The notes beneath the pieces were generated by a model, which had not been told where the DNA came from, ran no database searches, and saw only the letters and a program-made list of their open reading frames with translations. A DNA stretch of 64,000 nt, from positions 77,678-141,677 of the forward strand of contig JAUYNJ010000005.1 in NCBI GenBank assembly GCA_030696105.1. Direction: 5' to 3'. Source of the DNA: a bacterium (GTDB taxonomy: Bacteria; Patescibacteriota; Patescibacteriia; Patescibacteriales; UBA12465). The position numbers and the translations under genes are program-made. Below, one piece after another: positions 56,803-64,000 of the stretch (positions are counted from its first letter, which is position 1; every line of letters begins with the position of its first letter).

Positions 56803-57855
56803 ATGAATTATAAATTATTACGCATCACAATCCTAGGCGCTTTCCTTGTGCCAGTAGTAGTTTTTGCGGCTCACTTTGCTGGCGAGAGGAGTGGTTATAT
56901 ACTCTTGCAAGTGGAAGATAATGGCGAGGCTTGGTATGTTTATCCTGAAAATGCAAACCGATATTATCTGGGGAGACCGCACGATGCCTTTGCTGTAATG
57001 AGAAGCCTCTCCCTAGGTGTTAAACATGAGATAATTGCGAACACTGAAATATACCCTGAGAGATTAAGCGGAATGATATTACTGGATGTTGAGAATAATG
57101 GTGAAGCGTATTACATTTATCCGAAAGATCGAAAGAAATACTATTTAGGAAGACCGGATGATGCCTTTAGAATAATGCGTGAACTCGGTGCCGGTATTGC
57201 AAATTCCGGCCTGGTTAATATTCCGGTTGGATCAATTAACCATATATCACCACCAGCACCACCGACTGTGGCCAAGTCAATATTGCAAGTTGTTCCCTTC
57301 ACTTCTCAGGCACCGTTTGGCAACTGGGCTGACAAGCGTCAGCAAGATGGCTGCGAGGAAGCATCGGCTCTAATGGCGGTGAAATGGGCACGTGGCGAAT
57401 CATTAACAAGTGATAAAGCTTTAAGAGAGATACTTGGTGCTTCTGATTATATTCAAAAGAAATACGGTGAGTATCGCGACGTATCAGCAGCAGACACGCT
57501 TAACTGGATTATCAAAGATTACTTTAAGTATGATAAGGCAACAATTAAGGAAGATGTGACTCTGCAACAAATTATTGATGAATTACTCCAAGGAAATGTG
57601 ATTGTTGCCCCCATGAACGGACAAAGTTTGCATAATCCAAAATTTGTAGCACCGGGACCACCAAATCACATGCTCGTCATTATTGGTTACGATGCTGATC
57701 GAAAAGTATTTATTACTAATGACCCCGGCACTCGCTTAGGTAAATCCTATGAATATTCACTTGATGTCATCTATGATGCTATCAGAGTCTACCCGACTGG
57801 TTATCATAAACCAATTGAACGCATTGAAAAAGATATTATAGTAGTCTCAAAATAA
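56803..57855 (+). CDS. C39-like peptidase with duplicated N-terminal module
   Basis: Two ILL.VE.NGEA.Y.YP...YYLGRP.DAF..MR repeats; VPFTSQAP, GCEEAS, HMLVIIGYD, NDPG. Confidence 0.85.
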   Translation: MNYKLLRITILGAFLVPVVVFAAHFAGERSGYILLQVEDNGEAWYVYPENANRYYLGRPHDAFAVMRSLSLGVKHEIIANTEIYPERLSGMILLDVENNGEAYYIYPKDRKKYYLGRPDDAFRIMRELGAGIANSGLVNIPVGSINHISPPAPPTVAKSILQVVPFTSQAPFGNWADKRQQDGCEEASALMAVKWARGESLTSDKALREILGASDYIQKKYGEYRDVSAADTLNWIIKDYFKYDKATIKEDVTLQQIIDELLQGNVIVAPMNGQSLHNPKFVAPGPPNHMLVIIGYDADRKVFITNDPGTRLGKSYEYSLDVIYDAIRVYPTGYHKPIERIEKDIIVVSK

Positions 57856-57866
57856 ATAGACAAAAC

Positions 57867-57895
57867 AAAAAAGAAGCTAATTCAGCTTCTTTTTT
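57867..57895. terminator. Bidirectional terminator
   Basis: AAAAAAGAAGCT-AATTC-AGCTTCTTTTTT. Confidence 0.8.
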
Positions 57896-57914
57896 ATATA
57901 TCTTGTATTTTACA

Positions 57915-58655
57915 TTATCTAAGCGTCCAGCCACCATCAACTATAATTGTTTGACCCGTGATATAAGATGCCTTTTCACTTGCGAGGAATACGGCTGCTT
58001 GGGCGATGTCTTCACCTGTGCCCATGCGTCCGAGCGGGATAGCGGCGATAGTCTGTTCTTTCATCGCTTCGTCTAAGCCAGCTGTAGCGCCAGGCGTTTC
58101 AATTGACCCAGGCGCAATAGCGTTGACCGTGATGTGTCGGTTAGCGATTTCAAGTGCAACTGCACGCGTTAGTCCGGACATACCACTCTTAGAAGAGCAG
58201 TAATGTACGAGACCCGAAAAACCAATGACAGAGGCGATCGAGGAGATATTAATTATACGTCCGCCCGCTGACATCATTTTGGCTGCCGCCTGCGAGCACA
58301 GAAAGGCACTTTTCAAGTTTACATTCATCACCTTGTCCCATTCCTCCTCCGTGATGTCGGTGAAGGCTTTAAAGGGGAAAATGCCAGCATTATTTACAAT
58401 AATATCGAGACCGCCGAACTCTTCGATCGTTTCATTAACCATTTTATCAATCTCAATCTTATCAGAGACATCACACTTAAAAGCAATCGCTGAGCCTCCC
58501 TGCTCTTTAATTTCAGCCACCACATCTTCACAGGCGTTTTTATTTAAATCACTCACAAGCATCCGACAATTTTCAGCAGCAAAAGCAAGTGCAATTGCCT
58601 TACCGATACCTTGCCCCGCGCCAGTGATGACCGCAATTTTATTTTTTAGCAACAT
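57915..58655 (-). CDS. Short-chain dehydrogenase/reductase (FabG-like)
   Basis: TGAGQGIG, NNAG, YCSSK, VNAIAPG, VDGG. Confidence 0.93.
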   Translation of the reverse strand: MLLKNKIAVITGAGQGIGKAIALAFAAENCRMLVSDLNKNACEDVVAEIKEQGGSAIAFKCDVSDKIEIDKMVNETIEEFGGLDIIVNNAGIFPFKAFTDITEEEWDKVMNVNLKSAFLCSQAAAKMMSAGGRIINISSIASVIGFSGLVHYCSSKSGMSGLTRAVALEIANRHITVNAIAPGSIETPGATAGLDEAMKEQTIAAIPLGRMGTGEDIAQAAVFLASEKASYITGQTIIVDGGWTLR

Positions 58656-58733
58656 AGATAATAATTATAACTTAGTTCTCATATTATAGCACAAAAAGTA
58701 TATAAAAACAGCCCTTACGGGCTATTTTTGCGC

Positions 58734-58865
58734 TTATTTGATGTTCTTCTTTAAACGTTTTTGAGCCTTAGCCTCAAGCATAACACGCTTGATTTCGAGT
58801 CTCTTCTTGGTCTTGGGTGAATTTGATTTCTTCCCCTTACCAACACCAGTTGATCTTTTAGCCAT
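58734..58865 (-). CDS. Small very basic protein, 43 aa (missed by the ORF track)
   Basis: MAKRSTGVGKGKKSNSPKTKKRLEIKRVMLEAKAQKRLKKNIK; promoter TTGCTT-17-TACGAT (58891-58919); terminator at 58704-58729. Confidence 0.75.
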   Translation of the reverse strand: MAKRSTGVGKGKKSNSPKTKKRLEIKRVMLEAKAQKRLKKNIK

Positions 58866-58953
58866 AAAATTGATTAATTGAATAATACTAATCGTATCCC
58901 AAATGCTGAATTAAAGCAATAGAATTAGTTAATCATACCGAAAGAGGCATTGT

Positions 58954-59103
58954 TTACACCACTTTCTTACCCTGGACTAGGCGCACGATTACCAAAATGA
59001 CGGCCGCAACGAGTAAAATGTGAATAAAGCCGCTTACAGTGTAGGAGGTGATGAGACCTAATAGCCATAGAACGATTAAAACGACGGCAATTGTTACCAG
59101 CAT
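58954..59103 (-). CDS. lmo0937-family (DUF5670) small membrane protein, 49 aa
   Basis: MLVTIAVVLIVLWLLGLITSYTVSGFIHILLVAAVILVIVRLVQGKKVV; LWLLG...G.IH.LLV pattern. Confidence 0.85.
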   Translation of the reverse strand: MLVTIAVVLIVLWLLGLITSYTVSGFIHILLVAAVILVIVRLVQGKKVV

Positions 59104-59229
59104 ATATTTATTTTTAAATACGCTCTCTTAATTTATAAATGAGCAATTATTATATCATAAATTTTACCTTTTCGCAATCCCCAAAGCTTTAAATGGAATA
59201 AAAAAAGAGGCAGTGTTGCCTCTAAATAA

Positions 59230-59463
59230 TTATCCAACAATCATTCTTGCCCTGCCACTTTTTTGTGTGTGTAAGTAGTTCAGTACTTCGTCCCCATCAA
59301 AGTCAAGATGATCGGTTCGAGACTTACATAAAGTAATTATTTGATTGTGCTTTTGTTTTATTTCTACATGCAGAATCAAATAGGCGACTTTATCCAAATC
59401 TTTATCTTCTGCCAAATGCAAAAGATCCATGATACATTCGTGTGTACGTTTTTTTCGTCCCAT
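59230..59463 (-). CDS. Orphan hypothetical protein, 77 aa
   Basis: ORF with an A-rich leader like the other orphans; downstream terminator GAGGCA/TGCCTC at about 59200-59223. Confidence 0.6.
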   Translation of the reverse strand: MGRKKRTHECIMDLLHLAEDKDLDKVAYLILHVEIKQKHNQIITLCKSRTDHLDFDGDEVLNYLHTQKSGRARMIVG

Positions 59464-59757
59464 GTATTTGTTTTTTAGGTTTATAGCTAGTTTTTAAAGG
59501 TCAAAAAAATTCCTACTCTTACAAGCCTAAACGAGTCCTGATAATATAGTTACGTATTTTATAAATAAATAATACCACATTCTTGTCTTCCTTCCCAGAC
59601 TAGAAATATTACGAAAACGTATCCAAAACCGATATATAGCCGGTTAGTAGTTGACACAGATGAGTATACTTTACCGTTGGGATGGGATCCCTCCGCGGGG
59701 GCGACCCCTATCTCTTCGTTCCTAAAAAATAGATAATCTAGAAAGGGGGTGAAAAAT

Positions 59758-60372
59758 ATGAAAAAATATTTTATAGTTGCTTTTGCAACCATCGCTTTGT
59801 TAGCCACCTCACTAGCTGTTCAAGCAATTGGAAACGGCGCCCCAAGCGGCAGTCATTACAATTTGAACCTCATCGGGGTTCCTAAAGGAAAAACTGCAGC
59901 AATGACTGACAACTCTGGTCATCGCATCTTCGTAAATTTAAGTGGAAAAACAACCATTAAACTTGTCGAGGGACCAGAATTCGCAGTGCTCGATGCCAAC
60001 GGCACCGACGCAAATGGAGCAAAATTTCAATTGCCAAATCCAGATTTCGATAACGACGGCGTAACTGTTTATTCAGTTTATGCTCGTGCCCTAGGCAAAC
60101 CCGGCGGTAACGCTAAAATCTCTTCTTGCGGTATGAACGCTGGAATTGACGGGATCTACGGTACTGCCGATGACGAAGAAGTTTGTTCAGCTGAAACAAT
60201 CACTTTGTCTAGACAGGCTGGTAAATCGAAATTCATCGACGTTAGCAAACAATTGCTATATGTCCATGTGGACTTGAACAATGATGGTACAGTTGAAAGA
60301 TATCCGCTTTTCTCCGATGTACTCCAGGACTATTTCTGGAATTACGATAATAACGGACTTAAGCACGTTTAA
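59758..60372 (+). CDS. Secreted hypothetical protein, possibly truncated by a nonsense codon
   Basis: Strong SD AAGGGGGTGA; signal peptide; DxDNDG loops; frame continues LRFYEIPSNIN to TAG at 60408. Confidence 0.75.
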   Translation: MKKYFIVAFATIALLATSLAVQAIGNGAPSGSHYNLNLIGVPKGKTAAMTDNSGHRIFVNLSGKTTIKLVEGPEFAVLDANGTDANGAKFQLPNPDFDNDGVTVYSVYARALGKPGGNAKISSCGMNAGIDGIYGTADDEEVCSAETITLSRQAGKSKFIDVSKQLLYVHVDLNNDGTVERYPLFSDVLQDYFWNYDNNGLKHV

Positions 60373-60465
60373 CTGAGATTTTACGAAATCCCATCAAACA
60401 TTAACTAGCCAAGCAATGATGCACGAAACACCAAGTTTCGTGCGGCACTCCCCGCCGATAACACA

Positions 60466-60499
60466 GAGGATAAATTAATATAATTATCCTCTTTTTTTT
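60466..60499 (+). terminator. Intrinsic terminator
   Basis: AGAGGATAA...TTATCCTCT followed by T run. Confidence 0.75.
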
Positions 60500-60552
60500 A
60501 AGGCAGTATCATTCATTGCAATCGTTTCCAAACATAACTATAATAGAAACAT

Positions 60553-61158
60553 ATGAAAAAATATATAATTATCACTTTCCTGGTTCTAATTACGATAATC
60601 ACCTTATTGATTATTGGCCAATATGCAAGAAAAAATCCTGATTATCGTTACGGTCCAGATAGGGCCGCTATTATTAAACAAATTGAGACCTTATCGCGCT
60701 TTGAGACAAGCTCATACAGTGTCGATAAAATTATTGAAGTCAGCACCGATTATGACAAAATAAGGGACTTTTTATTTGGCGACAAACTGCTTTTAGTTGC
60801 TCACGGCAAAGTTATTGCTGGTTTAGATTTATCAACGATGAAGCCAGAGGATTTTTCTGGAAGTGGTAGCAGTATCATCATTAAGCTCCCTGCTCCGCAA
60901 ATTTTAGAAACAATTCTCGATAACAACTCAACCAGAGTTTATGATCGCGATCGCGGGATTCTTACAAAAGGCGATTTGGATTTAGAGGCAACTGCCAGAC
61001 AGATGGCAGAAGAAGAAATACGTCAGGCCGCCTGTGACGGAGGAATATTAGATGAGGCAAACAAAAGTGCAATTCAACAGTTAAGCGTGCTATTTAAAAT
61101 GGCCGGATTTGAAGAAGTTTCCATTATTACTACGCCCGGAAGCTGTTCTAATAAATAA
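60553..61158 (+). CDS. DUF4230 domain protein
   Basis: N-terminal TM; LLLVAHGKVIAGLDL; LPAPQI; GILDEA. Confidence 0.85.
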   Translation: MKKYIIITFLVLITIITLLIIGQYARKNPDYRYGPDRAAIIKQIETLSRFETSSYSVDKIIEVSTDYDKIRDFLFGDKLLLVAHGKVIAGLDLSTMKPEDFSGSGSSIIIKLPAPQILETILDNNSTRVYDRDRGILTKGDLDLEATARQMAEEEIRQAACDGGILDEANKSAIQQLSVLFKMAGFEEVSIITTPGSCSNK

Positions 61159-61173
61159 AAAATAATAATTAAA

Positions 61174-62226
61174 ATGAATAAAAAAATATATCTCTTTACA
61201 CTACTTACTTTAACAATTCTATTTTTCTCAACAAGCAGTTCAAACGCCTATCCTGACGACGCTTGGTATCATAATTCGGAAATTGTAATGCCACCAAGCA
61301 CTCCTGTTATTATCTTTCCAGTTCAAGGTGGGGCAGTGTTTACTGATGATTTTAATCATGCGCGCAGTGGCGGCAGAGTTCATGAGGCTAATGATTTAAT
61401 GGCCCCAAAAATGACGCCTATCCTTGCTGCTAGAGGAGGGACAATTGTCACCGCCCCGATTATAGAGCCTAGTTATGGCTATATTATTTCAATTGCTGGC
61501 GATGATGGTTTTAAGTATAATTACCTTCATATAAATAACGACACGCCCGGCACTGATGATGGCAACGGTGGCTTAGCGTATGCCTACGCCCCCGGTATTA
61601 GCCGCGGCGTCACCGTAACTCAAGGACAAGTAATTGCCTACGTTGGTGATTCTGGCAATGCCGAAGACACTGCTCCGCACTTACATTTTGAAATAATATC
61701 ACCGGACGGCACGGCTATAAACCCCTACCCCTATCTTGTAGCTGCATTAAATATTTCTGACTACAATATTGCCGCCATTCAGGCGGCGAGCCCCAATATT
61801 AACTTCGACCGCGGACTCACCGTTCAAGCTGGAGTTGAAGTCTATTGCAGCCCGGGGGCGCTTATTCGCACACCCTCTGTTTCCTCAATATATTACTGCG
61901 GCGCCGACGGCAAACGCTACGTCTTCCCTAACGCCCAAACCTACGCGACCTGGTATAGCGATTTCTCAGGCGTCACTACTATCTCGCTTGAGGAGATGGG
62001 TATGATTATGCTTGGCGGTAATGTCACTTATCGCCCTGGAGTTAAATTGGTGAAAATTCAAACTGACCCACGGGTTTACGCCGTTAATAAAAACGGCACC
62101 TTGCGTTTAATGATAACACCAGCTATTGCCGACAAGTATTATGGTGCGAACTGGAACAAGCAAGTTGAAGATATTCCTGATGCATTTTTTACCAATTATA
62201 AAATTGGCGCTTCAATCAATAATTAA
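61174..62226 (+). CDS. M23 peptidase with C-terminal CPR-type repeat domain
   Basis: HEAND, YLH, GDSGNA, HLHFE; DGKRYVFPN..Y.TWY.DF. Confidence 0.88.
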   Translation: MNKKIYLFTLLTLTILFFSTSSSNAYPDDAWYHNSEIVMPPSTPVIIFPVQGGAVFTDDFNHARSGGRVHEANDLMAPKMTPILAARGGTIVTAPIIEPSYGYIISIAGDDGFKYNYLHINNDTPGTDDGNGGLAYAYAPGISRGVTVTQGQVIAYVGDSGNAEDTAPHLHFEIISPDGTAINPYPYLVAALNISDYNIAAIQAASPNINFDRGLTVQAGVEVYCSPGALIRTPSVSSIYYCGADGKRYVFPNAQTYATWYSDFSGVTTISLEEMGMIMLGGNVTYRPGVKLVKIQTDPRVYAVNKNGTLRLMITPAIADKYYGANWNKQVEDIPDAFFTNYKIGASINN

Positions 62227-62240
62227 ACTCCTCGCAATTA

Positions 62241-62273
62241 CAAAAAGGACTACCACGCTGGTAGTCCTTTTTT
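62241..62273. terminator. Bidirectional terminator
   Basis: AAAAAGGACTACCA-CGC-TGGTAGTCCTTTTT. Confidence 0.85.
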
Positions 62274-62291
62274 ACTTGTTTTAAATAAATC

Positions 62292-63248
62292 TTATCCGCG
62301 ACCAATATATATTTCAAAGGCCATGCGCATAATGGCAATTGTAAAGATAATTATACCCTCTTTACGACTGATTTTCCAGCCAGAACGCATGAAAATTAAC
62401 AGTAAAATAATTGTACCAATCAGGAGAAGTACGGAAAACAAGGAATCAGCCAGCCCAAAGACTTCCGTTTTTGACTGCAAGAAAATCGGGGTAATAACAC
62501 TACTAATACCGATAATCCCAAATGTATTAAAGATATCAGAGCCCACCACATTACCAATAGACAGACCGAACTTCTTTTTTAAGGTAGCAATGACTGAAGT
62601 GGCGACTTCAGGCAAACTTGTTCCAGCGGCCACAATTGTTGCGCCAATTGCCCAGGCTGATACTTTAAAATACTCGGCAATATAGACAGCTGAAGTTACG
62701 GTGTAATCGGAAGATTTCACTAAGAAAAAGAGACTCGCAAGGAAAATTAGATAATCTTTCAAGTTTGCCGGCTCGCCAGCTGTGTCCTCATCTTCCGTCG
62801 GCACATCTTTTTTATACCACAACAGACCAATGTAAGACAAAAGGAACACCAATAACATTAGTCCCTCCCAGAAAACAATCTTTAAATCATACATGAACAA
62901 GAACACCATTAAAGTCCCCGCTAAAAGTACCATACCATCTCGCCAGACCATTTTCATCGGCACTGCTTGTGGAGCAATTATGGCGACTAGACCAAGGATA
63001 AAGCCGAGATTAAAAATATTCGAGCCGATAACATTACCCACTGATAAGTCACCCTGTCCTTCAAGGGCTGCAAAAACAGAAACGGCAATTTCCGGGGCAG
63101 AGGTGCCCATGGCAACGATTGTGAGCCCGATAAATAATTCGGAGACATTCCACTTGCGCGCAATTTTTATACTTGCATTTACCAGGTAGTTAGCGGAAAA
63201 GCCCAAAACAACGAGCGAGGCCACCATGATTAGAATTTGGATAAGCAT
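62292..63248 (-). CDS. Calcium/sodium antiporter (YrbG/CaCA family)
   Basis: Duplicated GTS.PE and GN..GS.IFN alpha-repeats. Confidence 0.93.
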   Translation of the reverse strand: MLIQILIMVASLVVLGFSANYLVNASIKIARKWNVSELFIGLTIVAMGTSAPEIAVSVFAALEGQGDLSVGNVIGSNIFNLGFILGLVAIIAPQAVPMKMVWRDGMVLLAGTLMVFLFMYDLKIVFWEGLMLLVFLLSYIGLLWYKKDVPTEDEDTAGEPANLKDYLIFLASLFFLVKSSDYTVTSAVYIAEYFKVSAWAIGATIVAAGTSLPEVATSVIATLKKKFGLSIGNVVGSDIFNTFGIIGISSVITPIFLQSKTEVFGLADSLFSVLLLIGTIILLLIFMRSGWKISRKEGIIIFTIAIMRMAFEIYIGRG

Positions 63249-63275
63249 AAGATTCGATGAAAAATATTCTTATTA

Positions 63276-64000
63276 TTATAAAATATGTTTTTTCTTGAAA
63301 GCAAAGTAAATATCAACCAGAGCAAGAGTAATATTTAAAGCAAGAGGTCCTAGAATAAAGCCAAGTGGACCAAAGAAGGCCATACCACCAATAACGGAAA
63401 CAAACACAGAAAGCGGATGCAGCTTCATGCCTTGCCCCACAAGTTTCGGACCAAGCATATTATCAACAATGCCAATTGCGAGTATCGCCCAAATAGTTAA
63501 ACCTAGGCCGCTCAAGGTGTCACCGGAAACAAATAAATAAACTATTGCTGGGCCCAATACTAAAGCTGTCCCAACACTGGGAATCAAAGCAGTAATCACG
63601 CTGACACCGCCCCATAAAATCGGATTAGGTACACCGAAGATAGCGAATCCGGTGGCGGTGACCACGCCTTGAATTAAACCGATGATAAGGTTTCCTTTTA
63701 CTGTCGAGTGGACCGCCAACTTCAAGCGATTAACTATAAATCTATCATCCTTATCTTCAAGCGGGCTTAATTGCACCAGATACTCAGTAAATTTGCCTCC
63801 ATCTTTCAATAAATAATACAGGGCTATTAAAAAAGCCAATAAAATCAAAATAATTCTCGAAAAACTCGAAAATATAGAACCAACATTCTTTGTCAAAACT
63901 TGAAGCCCCTGAGTAGCATAACTGCTAATATCTAAGTTCGTGCTCTCTAAAAGCGGAAAAGATGAGGAAAAGAAGAATAATCGAAGCTGAAAGACAAAAT
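63276..64000 (-). CDS. AI-2E family transporter (5' end beyond the window or disrupted)
   Basis: YYLLKDG, IPSVG, DN.L.P.LVG, HPL....IGG...FG.LG.ILGP; frame open to the window edge. Confidence 0.85.
   Translation of the reverse strand, partial: FVFQLRLFFFSSSFPLLESTNLDISSYATQGLQVLTKNVGSIFSSFSRIILILLAFLIALYYLLKDGGKFTEYLVQLSPLEDKDDRFIVNRLKLAVHSTVKGNLIIGLIQGVVTATGFAIFGVPNPILWGGVSVITALIPSVGTALVLGPAIVYLFVSGDTLSGLGLTIWAILAIGIVDNMLGPKLVGQGMKLHPLSVFVSVIGGMAFFGPLGFILGPLALNITLALVDIYFAFKKKHIL

Noticed and set aside
1..64000. Alternative genetic code (UGA=Gly as in Gracilibacteria/Absconditabacteria)
   Set aside because: Conserved genes read full length in code 11, and alr terminates at TGA at the expected position

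Overview
The window looks like chromosomal DNA from a Patescibacteria (CPR) bacterium, most likely Parcubacteria. This is inferred from the gene repertoire (VirB4-like/DUF87 ATPase, DUF4012, FG-GAP and CPR-type repeat surface proteins, wHTH-NTase), from starts that mostly lack a Shine-Dalgarno, and from standard code 11. It carries housekeeping genes (iscS/iscU, secE-nusG-rplK-rplA, rsmI, metG, tsaC, ctpA, pyrG, rpmA, dnaX, serS, alr, rplJL, uvrABC, ogt, ldh), a Xer recombinase with an adjacent dif-like site, and a dispersed surface-polysaccharide region. I found no rRNA, tRNA, CRISPR array, transposase or phage genes. The strongest signals are: (1) a 3.3-kb orphan island (31030-34328) encoding proteins with Bacteroidota-style export signals, framed by two related hairpins in inverted orientation; (2) a boxA-like leader motif shared by several orphan genes; (3) a candidate ~210-nt ncRNA with a perfect sigma70 promoter and a terminator between ogt and uvrA; (4) a 43-aa very basic protein with its own promoter and terminator; (5) a TagA/WecB-Nudix fusion; (6) several structured 5' leaders; (7) three genes with frameshift or nonsense lesions. 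All family assignments come from motif recognition by eye; no database search or folding program was run.
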